From NCBI GenBank assembly GCA_963765495.1, contig CAVXWP010000007.1:224001-288000 (forward strand): a DNA stretch of 64,000 nucleotides, given 5' to 3'. Made by a program: the position numbers and the translations under genes. This DNA is from Blastocatellia bacterium. GTDB taxonomy: Bacteria; Acidobacteriota; Blastocatellia; UBA7656. This document shows, piece after piece, positions 31,119 through 41,002 of the stretch; within the stretch, counting starts at the first letter, position 1, and every line of letters starts with the position of its first letter. Below the pieces are notes generated by a model. It searched no databases. It was not told where the DNA came from and saw only the letters and a list, made by a program, of their open reading frames with translations.

Positions 31119-34100
31119 CTATGCCTCGCCTTTGGCCAGAGGCAACAGGATGGTGAATGTGCTTCCTTTACCCAGGGCCGAACGCGCCGTGAGCCTGCCC
31201 CCGTGCTGTTCGACTATTGCTCTGGAAATGTACAGACCCATCCCGATTCCTCCCCTCGATGTTCGATGGCGTCCGGGCGCTTGATAAAATCTGTTGAAGA
31301 TCGAATCTAATTCCTTTTCGGCTATTCCCCTTCCGTAATCCTGCACTTCGATCCGAACCCGTTCGACAGGCGTTTCGCTTTCTCCGGTTTCGCGCACGCG
31401 CTTCGCCCTTATTTCCACCGGCTTATCGTCATAGGCATATTTGAATGCGTTTTCACAGAGATTCATCACAACTTGAAGTATGCGTTGTTCGTCGCCTAAG
31501 ACGATCAACGGTTTGTCTTTTTCCTTTATCTCAAAGTCTATTTTTCTGCCGGGGCTTAAAATCTCACATTCCTCCAGGGCTTGTTCCAATAGCTTTACCA
31601 CATCCACGCGCTTTCGTTCGAGCGAGAGCTTGCCGGTCTCAAGCCTCGAAACATCGAAGAGGTCTTCCACCATGCGATTGATATGATTGATTTGCTTTCT
31701 GAGCTTTCCGACATAACCGCCTATGCGCTTATCCCATACCGGGTCTTCCTGCTTTTCCTTCTCTTCGGCTATGGCGGCAAGTATGTCGGTGTAGCCCGAT
31801 AGCGGCACAAGCGGTGTGCGCAATTCGTGGCTCGCCATAGAGATAAAATCGTCTTTGAGGCGGTCCAGGCGTTCAAGCTCCTGGCGCGCTCTTATGTGCT
31901 CGGTCACTTCGACCGCCGTTACCACTATAAAGCGCACCTCGCCCTCTTCCTTCCCATCGGTGAAAGGGATAGGGGCAAGGCTGGAATCGAGTATGATCTC
32001 TCTATCTTCGGTCGTAAGATTGATATGAATTTCACGCAGGCGGAGCGGTTCGCGAGTTTTTTTGACAGACTCGAAGAGCTTATCGGCCTCCCCCTCAGGG
32101 GCTATAAAAGCCGTTTCATGCCACAGGCGGCCTGTGATCCGGTCGCGTTCCAAACCGCAGGCGCGCTCGATTATTTCCAGATAGCGGGGGCTTGCCTGAA
32201 GCAATTCCTTTGTCTCGGCGTCGTAGATCGCAATGGCTACCTGATGCGCGTTTTCAACCATCAGTTTGAGCTTTTCGCGCCGTTTCAGGGCTTCAGAGGC
32301 CATTTGCCGGGTCACGTCTTCGGCATAGATCACAACGCCGTCAACCTTGCCCGTGTTATCGTGGATGGGAACGACCGTGTAATCGAAATAGACTTCCTGC
32401 GCTTTTTCCTGTTCGTACAGATGAGTCAATAATCTGGGCGCAGTCATTATTTCGTCCTGACGGTAAGCCTCGCGCGCGAGGTCAGCAAGCCTGATTATAT
32501 CCGATCCCTGTGCGGCATCATCGAGCGGGTGGCCCAGCACCTCCTGACCGCCAAGCAGCGATTGAAACAGATGGTTGAAGGCTTCTATCACAAGCGTCGA
32601 CCCTCTGAGGATGAGAATATAGAAAGGAGCCAGCTCGATCATCTCGATAAGTCGCACTCGTTCGTCGGCAAGATGGCGGGATGTCTCCTGCAACTCACCC
32701 GAGCGGGCGTTCAGCTCTTCATTTGTAGTCTCAAGCTCTTCGTTTGTGGCTTGCAGTTCTTCGTTGCTGGTCTCAAGTTCCTCGTTTGTAGCCTGTAGCT
32801 CTTCGTTTGTGGCCTCGAACTCTTCGTTTGTGGCCTGTAACTCTTCCTGGGTCAGCATCAACTCTTCGTTTGCGGCCTGCAATGCCTCGTTTGCGTCCTG
32901 AAGCTCTTTGTTCATTTCGTTCAGACGCCTGTTGTTGGCCGTAAGCTCTTCGACCAGTTGATGCTGCTCGGCCTGCATCGCCTCCAATCGCCTGCGAGTC
33001 TGAACCGTTTCAGTAGAGTCAATAGCCGTAACCAGAGCCATGTCGGCCGTCCCTGATTCCATTTGCATTATGGCTATGGAAACAGAGACGTAGCGCCCTT
33101 CGCTGCCGATTTGATCGCGCAACTCGATGTCGGGCAGCAGTATGGTCGTGCGCTCGTGAAAGACCCTGTCTATGGCCGAGCGCAATACGCCGTAGGGCAA
33201 CCCGTGAATCGCGTGGAGGAAATCCTGATCGACTGCCGCTTCGCGGATTCCGAGCAACCGCCGCGCCGTTCCGTTTGCCGTAAGCAGACGATACTCCGCA
33301 TCTATTATGGCCGTGCCTATGGGCAGATAGCGCAGCACAAGCTCATTGAATCGCCGCAGTTGAAGGTATGCGATATCGGAAGAGAGCGAGTCCTGATTCA
33401 ATGCAGGTCTTTCGGCCGTAGGTCTTGATTGACTCGGGTTGCGCCGTTTGCTGGAATTTCCGGGCACAAAAACTTCATTGTCATGATTTATCCTGCCCGG
33501 CAGCGGCCCGTTTGTGCAGCGATAGATTTTCCACTTCTTGTTGACTATTTCATAGTTGGATTTCGACGGGCGAGCGGTTTCGGCCTTGCCCAGAAAGATA
33601 TAACCATTTACCTGATACAGCGAGTAGGCGAATAAATCCATCACGTTTTGTTGAAGTTCGGGTTTGAAATAGATCAGCAGGTTGCGGCATACAACCAGAT
33701 CGATTCGAGGGAAAGGTGTGCCCCGGCTCAAATCCTGCTGGCCGAATATCACTATCTGTCGAATCGCTTTCGAGATGTGAAAGCCGTGATCTGCGGGTGT
33801 GAAGAAACGCGCGCGATAATCATCCGGCAGATTACGCAGAATGTTTTCCGGGTACAACCCCCTGCGGGCAAAGCTAATGGCCTCTTCATCAAGGTCGGTG
33901 GCAAATATCTTTATGCTCCATTCGGGCAACTCGTTGCCGAGCAAATCGGCCAGCAGGAAGGCCAGCGAATAAGGCTCTTCGCCCGTGGCGCATCCGGCCG
34001 ACCACAACCGCAGGACGCGCCCGCGTCTGCGGCCCTCTTCAATCAGAGCGGGCAGCACATCCTTTTTGAGATAGGCGAAGGCTTCCGGGTCGCGGAAAAA

Positions 34101-34922
34101 TTCGGTGACTTTAATCAACAACGCCATGACGAGTTCGGCAATCTCTTCCGGGTGAATATTCAGATACTCGGCATACTCTTCCAGAGCGCGACAGTGAATG
34201 ACGGTCATGCGGCGGGATATGCGCCGGTAAATAGTAGAGTGCTTATAAGGGGTGAAGTCAATATGGGTGTGCAGTGAGACGGCCTTAAGTATTTCGCGCA
34301 AGGCGACCTGAGATTCTTCAACCTCTTCCGATAGCTTTACACCCTTCACAAAGTCCTGGAGCAAGCCACCTATCTGTTCAATATCGGCCACCTGATCGAC
34401 GGCCGTGGGAGGCAGGGCCAGCGGCATGGCCGGATAGCGGGCAGTCGCCGGGTTCTGGATAATGACCGTACCGCCCGCGCTTTTTACCTCGACCGCGCCT
34501 GCCGCCCCGTCAGACCCGGTTCCGGTAAGTATCACGGCTATCAATCGTTCGCCGTAAGATTCAGCCGCGCTCGACAGCAGCAAATCCACCGAGGGCCTCG
34601 GGCGGTCGGCGTGATCGCTTTCAAACTTCACGGTGCCGTCGTGTATAGACACGTGCCGGTTTGAGGGCACTACGTAAACCTTGCCCGGCTCAAGCGGGGT
34701 CTCGTCGCTTACGATCACGATGGGAAGCGTCGAGCGCCGTTCGAGGATGGGGCCGAGATTGCTTGGGCGGCTGGGGTCAAGGTGTTGAGCCAGCACGATA
34801 GGCGCGGGAAACTCTTTGGGCAACGTGCTGACCAGGATAGAAAGCGCCTCAATGCCGCCAGCCGACGATCCGACTACTACCAGATTTGATGGATGTTCAT
34901 CAGTCGCTTCCTCTTTGCTCAA
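31119..34922 (-). CDS. CheB methylesterase / CheR methyltransferase / PAS / histidine kinase fusion
   Basis: GSSAGG, QHLD and GSDG (CheB); VTEFFRD, WSAGCATGEEPYS and CRNLLIYF (CheR); ELQATNEE coiled coil; SHELRTPL and N/G boxes. Confidence 0.93.
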   Translation of the reverse strand: MSKEEATDEHPSNLVVVGSSAGGIEALSILVSTLPKEFPAPIVLAQHLDPSRPSNLGPILERRSTLPIVIVSDETPLEPGKVYVVPSNRHVSIHDGTVKFESDHADRPRPSVDLLLSSAAESYGERLIAVILTGTGSDGAAGAVEVKSAGGTVIIQNPATARYPAMPLALPPTAVDQVADIEQIGGLLQDFVKGVKLSEEVEESQVALREILKAVSLHTHIDFTPYKHSTIYRRISRRMTVIHCRALEEYAEYLNIHPEEIAELVMALLIKVTEFFRDPEAFAYLKKDVLPALIEEGRRRGRVLRLWSAGCATGEEPYSLAFLLADLLGNELPEWSIKIFATDLDEEAISFARRGLYPENILRNLPDDYRARFFTPADHGFHISKAIRQIVIFGQQDLSRGTPFPRIDLVVCRNLLIYFKPELQQNVMDLFAYSLYQVNGYIFLGKAETARPSKSNYEIVNKKWKIYRCTNGPLPGRINHDNEVFVPGNSSKRRNPSQSRPTAERPALNQDSLSSDIAYLQLRRFNELVLRYLPIGTAIIDAEYRLLTANGTARRLLGIREAAVDQDFLHAIHGLPYGVLRSAIDRVFHERTTILLPDIELRDQIGSEGRYVSVSIAIMQMESGTADMALVTAIDSTETVQTRRRLEAMQAEQHQLVEELTANNRRLNEMNKELQDANEALQAANEELMLTQEELQATNEEFEATNEELQATNEELETSNEELQATNEELETTNEELNARSGELQETSRHLADERVRLIEMIELAPFYILILRGSTLVIEAFNHLFQSLLGGQEVLGHPLDDAAQGSDIIRLADLAREAYRQDEIMTAPRLLTHLYEQEKAQEVYFDYTVVPIHDNTGKVDGVVIYAEDVTRQMASEALKRREKLKLMVENAHQVAIAIYDAETKELLQASPRYLEIIERACGLERDRITGRLWHETAFIAPEGEADKLFESVKKTREPLRLREIHINLTTEDREIILDSSLAPIPFTDGKEEGEVRFIVVTAVEVTEHIRARQELERLDRLKDDFISMASHELRTPLVPLSGYTDILAAIAEEKEKQEDPVWDKRIGGYVGKLRKQINHINRMVEDLFDVSRLETGKLSLERKRVDVVKLLEQALEECEILSPGRKIDFEIKEKDKPLIVLGDEQRILQVVMNLCENAFKYAYDDKPVEIRAKRVRETGESETPVERVRIEVQDYGRGIAEKELDSIFNRFYQAPGRHRTSRGGIGMGLYISRAIVEQHGGRLTARSALGKGSTFTILLPLAKGEA

Positions 34923-35373
34923 TTGGTACCCTTTCCCAGACTTATTATGTCCACATAAAAGACGGACGTTAGAATCCTGATAGATGGTTGAAAAGAACTG
35001 TTTGATTAATGCGTCTACAAGTTTCCAAACTATAATTCAATTAGCTCAGGAAAAACAACTGGCCGCAGCATGTTCGATTTGCGGGGGGAGGGCACAAAAA
35101 CAATCCGCTATGTATAGCTCGACACGCCTGGATTTCGAAACAAGTTATGCCGAGCGATTCCCGACAGGTTTCGGGCTCCCGGTCAGGAGCTTTTATACAT
35201 CACGCCGAAACTTCAATATAAACATGTCGCGGTTAGCCTCCGAAGTTTTCTCATAATTCAGAGGTAAAACTCGGACACTCAGCGTCACTTTAAGAGTGCC
35301 TTAAGTGTATCGTCTGACGGTGGGAATGTCTAGGACGTTCAATTTCTAGGAGCACTACCTGTCATATCCATTC

Positions 35374-35469
35374 TGATGCGCTCAATGATGCGTGATTTGG
35401 CAGACTTGCAAAGTTGTTTTAACACGCGCCCTGCCTGATAGTCACGCATCACGCATCATTGAGCGCATC
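35374..35469. repeat. Heptamer inverted-repeat element, GATGCGT type
   Basis: TGATGCGCTCAATGATGCGTGA ... TCACGCATCACGCATCATTGAGCGCATC; core homologous to the 10694 and 36490 copies. Confidence 0.85.
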
Positions 35470-35856
35470 GCCTTTATATCGGCTCAAAAGCTCTTTCTTG
35501 AATTTGTATTGCTGTCTTAATTCCTTTAGCTTTGCCATCTCTTCTTGAAAGACCAGCGAGTCCTTTTTCCAGGCTTCAAATTCTCTCCGATAGTTGGCAA
35601 CCTCCTGCCGACAGGTTTCCACAAATCTGTTCAAAGAATCGGCCGTCTTACAGGCATCCAATTCCTTTCGATATGTGTCGGCCATGCGGTTGAGGGATTC
35701 CACCTGCATTTGCAGGATGGCATATAGAGCCTCTGTTTGCTCAACCTGAGCCTCTATGAGTGTCTCTAATTCAGCCAGGTTTTTCCCCCGACTGCTCCCG
35801 CTCGGGGCTGAGGGATTTTCATTGTCTAAAACTCTCTCATTCTGCCCGTTTGCCAT
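35449..35856 (-). CDS. Hypothetical coiled-coil protein
   Basis: E/K/Q-rich heptad pattern; likely ATG at 35856 (MANGQNE...). Confidence 0.55.
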   Translation of the reverse strand: MANGQNERVLDNENPSAPSGSSRGKNLAELETLIEAQVEQTEALYAILQMQVESLNRMADTYRKELDACKTADSLNRFVETCRQEVANYRREFEAWKKDSLVFQEEMAKLKELRQQYKFKKELLSRYKGDALNDA

Positions 35857-36029
35857 AACCCATACCCCCTTGTTTGCAGACACTTATGGTCACGTTCTGC
35901 TTGAAATGGATTCACTGTACTAAAAGCAATCTGAAGTGATTTCGGCTAAGGAAGCCGATGAGCCTCGCCCAGCCTATCACAAAGGCTATCCAAATGCCAG
36001 AAATATTTTTTGCGTCCAGGTGAGTCTGT

Positions 36030-36458
36030 TCAGGCGAGTTCGCGAATGCTGATTTTTCTTTCAGAATCGGAGAGATATTCTATGTTTACCGAGGCGGCAT
36101 CGGCGGGCGGGGAGGGCAATCTTTCGGCCCACTCGATTAATGTAATGGCGTGCTCGTTTTCAAAAATTTCGTCGAGGCCGAGTTCTCTCGACGCGCCCGA
36201 TTCCAATCTGTAAAGGTCAACGTGATAAAGCGGCAGCCGCGCTTCATAAACATTAACAAGCGTGAACGAAGGGCTTGTTACGTCTGCCGGGTCGAGGCCG
36301 AGACCGGCAGCCACCCCCTTGGCAAACACGGTCTTGCCCGCGCCAAGGTCCCCGCTCAATAAAAAAATCGCCCGCCGGTCGAGTTGCTCTCCAATACGGC
36401 GGCCAAGCTCGAATGTCTCATCAGCCGAGCGCGTGATGAACTCTCCGGTGATCTTCAT
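36030..36458 (-). CDS. tsaE: tRNA t6A biosynthesis ATPase TsaE
   Basis: LSGDLGAGKT, VTSPSFTL, HVDLYRL, IEWAE. Confidence 0.96.
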   Translation of the reverse strand: MKITGEFITRSADETFELGRRIGEQLDRRAIFLLSGDLGAGKTVFAKGVAAGLGLDPADVTSPSFTLVNVYEARLPLYHVDLYRLESGASRELGLDEIFENEHAITLIEWAERLPSPPADAASVNIEYLSDSERKISIRELA

Positions 36459-36461
36459 ATA

Positions 36462-36565
36462 CGCTCAATGATGCGTGATGCGTGATACGTGATTTACTTG
36501 ATCTGCAATATGCCTTTAATCAACAGGCTCCCTTTGAGTCACGCATCGCGCGTCACGCATCACTC
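36462..36565. repeat. Heptamer inverted-repeat element, GATGCGT type
   Basis: Fills the nnr-tsaE spacer: (GATGCGT)n, core, (ACGCATC)n. Confidence 0.88.
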
Positions 36566-38170
36566 CTAAAGTCTCTCCTGATCGCCGCCTGTTTCCATAA
36601 ACGCATCCCCGATATGCGCCGATATATCCGAGGCGATCATAGCGCGAATACCTGCGCGCGAGGCCGCAAGGTCGCCTGCAAGCCCGTGCAGATAAACGGC
36701 CGCTATCGTGGCCGCCAGAGGGTCATCTTTCCTCTGCGCCACAAGGCTTGCGATGATGCCTGTCAGCACGTCTCCCGTCCCACCCGTTGCCATGCCGGAA
36801 TTGCCGGTCGGGTTGACAAAGACCTCTCCGTCGGGCGATGCGATGAGCGTGCGACTGCCCTTGAGAACGACTATCACGCTGTGCGCGGTTGCGAAATCGC
36901 GGGCTATCTCAACACGGTCTTTTATGACCTCGGAAATCTCTTTGCCGGTGAGCCGGGCCATCTCTCCCGGATGCGGGGTGAGGATCAAAGGGAGTTCCCG
37001 GCTTCCGCGAAGGTTTTCCGCCCACGGAACGAGCGAGTTCAACCCGTCGGCATCAATGACTGCGGGGCACGTCCTCCGCATCACGAGGGCGTGGACGAAT
37101 GTTCGCGTAGACTCTTCGGATGAGCCGAGACCGGGGCCGAGAGCCAAAACGTCTCGCGTCGAGGCAAGCTCAAGCGCACGGTCAATCGCTTCGCGGGAAA
37201 CAGTGCCGGAATCGGTTTCTGCCAGAGGCTCGGTCATGCACTCGGTCAGAATCCGAGCGGCCACAACTTTCTGAGAACCTTCCGGCGTGGCTACGGTCAC
37301 AAGGCCCGCGCCCGCGCGAAGGGCCGATTCTCCGACTAGGCAGGCGGCTCCGGTCTTGCCCTGCGATCCCGCCACTACAAGCACCTTGCCCGCATCGCCT
37401 TTGTTGGCCTGCGGGCTCCGGCGCGATAGGGCAAGCCATTCTTCAACCATCTCCTGCTCGACAAGTGAAAGGCGCGAGCCCGATGAGTTGATTAAACCAT
37501 CGGGCGAGCCTATGCGTCCGACGATCAACTCTCCGCCGTAGAGGGAGGCGGGAGGGAGAACGCTTGCGATCTTGGGCGCTGTAAAGGTCACGGTCAGGTG
37601 CGCGATGACGGCGGGGCCCGGCAATTCGGCCGAGTCCGAGTCTATCCCCGAAGGAATATCGACCGCGACTATAAAGCCTTGGTCGCTCTGATCGTTCAGG
37701 AAGTTTATAGCCTCTTCATAAAGACCGGCTGCGGGGCGCGAAAGCCCTGTGCCCAGCACCGCGTCAAAGAAAATATCGTATTTCTGTTTTCGGGCTTCCT
37801 CGTGGAACTGCCCGGCGTTTTCGATCTCAATCAGGCGAAACTCGCGATTGGAATCGGAGGCTATGCGGCGGGCAATCTCGAAATTCGTTCGCGCATCGCC
37901 TTTGGCATCGTCTATGCGACCGAGCAAGAGCAGATCAACCGAAGCGCCTCTGATATAAAGCTGACGGGCTATGGCTGCGCCGTCGCCTCCGTTGTTGCCC
38001 CGTCCGCAGACGATCAACGCGCGTTTGCCTGTGACCGAGTCGAGCTTTTCTTCGACCGCCTCAACCGTGCGAGCGGCGGCATTCTCCATAAGCAGTATGC
38101 CCGGCACGTTGTATCGCTCGGTGGTGAGCCGGTCAACCTCTCCCATCTGTGCGGCTGTTAAAATCTTCAT
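36566..38170 (-). CDS. nnr: Bifunctional NAD(P)H-hydrate epimerase/dehydratase
   Basis: LMENAA, GRGNNGGDG, AVDIPSG, DADGLN, LTPHPGEMARL, MATGGTGDVLTG. Confidence 0.95.
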   Translation of the reverse strand: MKILTAAQMGEVDRLTTERYNVPGILLMENAAARTVEAVEEKLDSVTGKRALIVCGRGNNGGDGAAIARQLYIRGASVDLLLLGRIDDAKGDARTNFEIARRIASDSNREFRLIEIENAGQFHEEARKQKYDIFFDAVLGTGLSRPAAGLYEEAINFLNDQSDQGFIVAVDIPSGIDSDSAELPGPAVIAHLTVTFTAPKIASVLPPASLYGGELIVGRIGSPDGLINSSGSRLSLVEQEMVEEWLALSRRSPQANKGDAGKVLVVAGSQGKTGAACLVGESALRAGAGLVTVATPEGSQKVVAARILTECMTEPLAETDSGTVSREAIDRALELASTRDVLALGPGLGSSEESTRTFVHALVMRRTCPAVIDADGLNSLVPWAENLRGSRELPLILTPHPGEMARLTGKEISEVIKDRVEIARDFATAHSVIVVLKGSRTLIASPDGEVFVNPTGNSGMATGGTGDVLTGIIASLVAQRKDDPLAATIAAVYLHGLAGDLAASRAGIRAMIASDISAHIGDAFMETGGDQERL

Positions 38171-38194
38171 ACACGCGATGATAGGCCAGCCGCT

Positions 38195-38228
38195 CTCAAA
38201 TCTCAAATTTCAAAGCTCAAATCTCAAA
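38195..38228. repeat. Single-arm heptamer array (TCTCAAA)n
   Basis: TCTCAAA TCTCAAA TTTCAAA GCTCAAA TCTCAAA. Related short arms at ~16247-16266 (GAGATTT) and ~43874-43888. Confidence 0.7.
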
Positions 38229-38235
38229 AGCGCGC

Positions 38236-40425
38236 TCAAGTAATGATCAGGTTCAGGAAGGGGTCCACTTCTACGCTTCGGCCCTTTGGGATGAGAGTTG
38301 TGGAACTGTACTCGGCGATGATTGCCGGGCCTCGGAACCTGTCGCCCGACATAAGATCGTCGCGCAGGTAAACGGGCGTTGGCTGAGCGCGTTCCGTCAG
38401 ATAGACCTTTGCATTGTAGGCCGCCCGTATCTTGCGCGGCTCGGTCGAAGGCGAACGCTTGAATCGCGGCTTATCGGTGAGGCCGGTAGCCCGAACACGC
38501 AAGGATACGATTTCGCCCGGTCGCGTGTGGTCGCTGTAGCCGTATCGCTCGGCGTGAGCCTTGTGAAAGGCAGACTCGAACCTGTGATTCCATGGGACTT
38601 CTATCTCGAAGGATTGACCTACGTATCGCATGGCCGCCAATCGCTGAAGTCTGACCTGATTGCCTTTGAACCCCTCGCGTGCCAGATCGCTTTCGGCCTC
38701 GCGTTCGAGCGCGGCAAATACCCGCTCGATGGCCGGGAAGTTGTGATCCGCGCTATTCATCATGACCGTGCGAGAGTAATCTTTCACGACATCGCCAAGC
38801 AGCACGCCGAGAGCCGAAAGTGTGCCGGGAGAGCGCGGCACAAGCACGCGGGGAATCCTTAGCGCTTCGGCGAGCGCCGAGACATGCAGCCCGCCCGCGC
38901 CGCCAAAACTCACAAGGGTAAATAATCTCGGGTCCTGCCCTCGTTCGACCGATACTACCCTGAGCGCCCGTTCCATGTTTGCGTTCGCAACGCGAATAAC
39001 CCCCAATGCGGCGCGCTCGGGCGTAATCTTCTCGCGGCTGAAGCGAGACATGTCCGCTGCAAGCTCGGACAGAAAATGACGAGCGCGTTCTAAATCGAGC
39101 CGCATCTCACCGCCAAGCAGAGCCGAACCGCCGAAGCGTCCAAGCACGAGATTGGCGTCTGTGACCGTAACCTGTTCCCCACGTCCGTAGCAGGCGGGTC
39201 CGGGTTCTGCGCCCGCCGATTCGGGGCCTACGCGGAGCGCGCCCGCCTCGTCCACGCGGGCGATAGAGCCGCCGCCGGCCCCCACAGTATGAATATCAAT
39301 TATAGGCACTGCCACCGGCAAATCGGCCACCAGAGCCTCATTCGTGGTTCGCGCCTCCCCACGGCAAAGCGCCACATCCGTGGAAGTGCCGCCCATATCG
39401 AAAGTGATGATGTCGCGTATCCCTGCGCCTGTTGAGACGCGCAACGCGCCAACTACGCCGCCTGCCGGACCTGAAAGTATCGCCCGCACGGGCTCGGCGG
39501 CGGCGGTCTCTGCCGACACCGAGCCGCCGTTTGATTGCATCACTCTCAGGGGCCTGGGGCCTGGGGCCTGGCTAGGGGCCGGGGGTCGGGGGCCGGGGGT
39601 CGGGGGGCCGGTCGGAGGCCGGTTACTGCTTTTTGTTTCTTTGGTTTTCTTATGTTTCCTGCTTTCAGTGTTCTTGAAATTGGCTGCGGTTTTCCGGTCG
39701 CTTACCCCTAACCTCTGATCCCCGGCCCCCGGCCCCCGGCCCCCGGCCCCCACTAGAAGCCCTTCGTTGAGCGAGCGCAGATAACGCGACATCAAGGGGA
39801 CCAGATAGGCGTTGATGACTACGGTTGAGGTGCGCTCGTACTCGCGGTATTCGGGCAGTATCTTATGAGACAAAGAGACAGGAAGATCGAGGGAGGCGAG
39901 CGCATCTGCTATCTGCTGTTCGTGCGCGGGGTTGGTGAAGGAAAATAGCAGGCAGACGGCTATGGATTCGACCTTCTGAGTTTTGATTTCGCGGATTATC
40001 TGTTTGAGACTTTTCTTGTCGAGCCTTTTGATGATAGCACCGTCCGGCCCCGTCCGTTCGTTTGCGCCGAATCTCAGCTCTCGCGGGATAAGCGGCGCAG
40101 GTCGCGTAACCATCAGGTTATAGAGTTCGGGCCGCGCCTGACGGCCTATCTCAAGCACGTCTTCGAAGCCTTCGGTGGTGATGAGCGCCGCGCGAGCGCC
40201 CTTGCGTTCAAGCAGCGCGTTTGTGGCTACAGTAGTCCCGTGGACGATTTCAGAAGGCGCAACCCCGTAGTCAGCCAGTATGCGCGCGACGCCCTCAAGT
40301 ATCGAGTCGGCAGGATTGGCGGGAGTCGAAGACAGCTTGAAGGTGGTAAGGCGTGAACCTTGAGAAACGACGAAATCGGTGAATGTTCCTCCGGTATCTA
40401 TTCCGATTCTTATCGGCTGTGACAA
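38236..40425 (-). CDS. Hydantoinase A / 5-oxoprolinase family protein with an in-frame repeat insertion
   Basis: IDTGGTFTD, HGTTVATN, EYERTST, SGPAGG, DMGGTSTD, GAGGGS, GPACYG. Confidence 0.92.
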   Translation of the reverse strand: MSQPIRIGIDTGGTFTDFVVSQGSRLTTFKLSSTPANPADSILEGVARILADYGVAPSEIVHGTTVATNALLERKGARAALITTEGFEDVLEIGRQARPELYNLMVTRPAPLIPRELRFGANERTGPDGAIIKRLDKKSLKQIIREIKTQKVESIAVCLLFSFTNPAHEQQIADALASLDLPVSLSHKILPEYREYERTSTVVINAYLVPLMSRYLRSLNEGLLVGAGGRGPGAGDQRLGVSDRKTAANFKNTESRKHKKTKETKSSNRPPTGPPTPGPRPPAPSQAPGPRPLRVMQSNGGSVSAETAAAEPVRAILSGPAGGVVGALRVSTGAGIRDIITFDMGGTSTDVALCRGEARTTNEALVADLPVAVPIIDIHTVGAGGGSIARVDEAGALRVGPESAGAEPGPACYGRGEQVTVTDANLVLGRFGGSALLGGEMRLDLERARHFLSELAADMSRFSREKITPERAALGVIRVANANMERALRVVSVERGQDPRLFTLVSFGGAGGLHVSALAEALRIPRVLVPRSPGTLSALGVLLGDVVKDYSRTVMMNSADHNFPAIERVFAALEREAESDLAREGFKGNQVRLQRLAAMRYVGQSFEIEVPWNHRFESAFHKAHAERYGYSDHTRPGEIVSLRVRATGLTDKPRFKRSPSTEPRKIRAAYNAKVYLTERAQPTPVYLRDDLMSGDRFRGPAIIAEYSSTTLIPKGRSVEVDPFLNLIIT
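39549..39751. repeat. Heptamer inverted-repeat element, GGGGCCG type, inside a CDS
   Basis: (GGGGCCT/GGGGCCG/GGGGTCG)n, T-rich core, (CCCCGGC)n. Confidence 0.85.
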
Positions 40426-40487
40426 TCTGCTCTACTCCTAAGCTCAGGAAGCCCGCGCGGTTCGTTTGCGGATGCGTGAAAAGTCGA

Positions 40488-40531
40488 AGGGGCAGGGAAG
40501 CCGGTTATCATAAGCTTCAAACCCTGCCCCT
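40488..40531 (-). terminator. Hairpin downstream of the FKBP gene
   Basis: AGGGGCAGGG...CCCTGCCCCT stem with an inner GAAGC/GCTTC pair. Confidence 0.5.
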
Positions 40532-40549
40532 CTGATCTTGCGCGAGCGA

Positions 40550-41002
40550 CTAAGAGATTATTAGCGATTTGGTTTCATCGATGCTCACGAGCCGCACCTT
40601 GAAGTGGAGCGTCTCGCCCGCAAGCAAATGGTTTGCGTCGAGCGTGACATCGTCGCCTTCGACATCGATTATCCTGACCGGCATGCTCTGGCCCGACGGC
40701 AGTTCAAGCTCGAAGCCGAGGCCGATGGCCGGCGTCACATCGGGCGGAAAGGCCGCGCGCGGAACCACCTTGACAAGCTCTTCGTGATATTCGCCGTAGG
40801 CTTGATCCGGCACCAGCGTGATGTCGCGGGTTTCATTGACTTCCATACCTCGCACGCCGTCGTCAAATCCGGGTATGACATCGCCTGAACCGACCGTAAA
40901 TTTGAGCGGCTGATTTCCTTCCGAACTGTCAAACATCGTCCCGTCGTCCAGAGTGCCGGTGTAGTGTATTGATATTGTGTCTCCTTCTTGGACTTTTGCC
41001 AT
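40550..41002 (-). CDS. SlyD/SlpA-type FKBP peptidyl-prolyl isomerase
   Basis: IHYTGTLDDGTMFDSS, VIPGF, AYG, LDANHLLAG; ATG at 41002 after AGGAG. Confidence 0.92.
   Translation of the reverse strand: MAKVQEGDTISIHYTGTLDDGTMFDSSEGNQPLKFTVGSGDVIPGFDDGVRGMEVNETRDITLVPDQAYGEYHEELVKVVPRAAFPPDVTPAIGLGFELELPSGQSMPVRIIDVEGDDVTLDANHLLAGETLHFKVRLVSIDETKSLIIS

Noticed and set aside
32715-32910. 21-bp tandem repeats in the CheB/CheR kinase
   Set aside because: They encode the ELQATNEE heptad coiled coil normal for this family.
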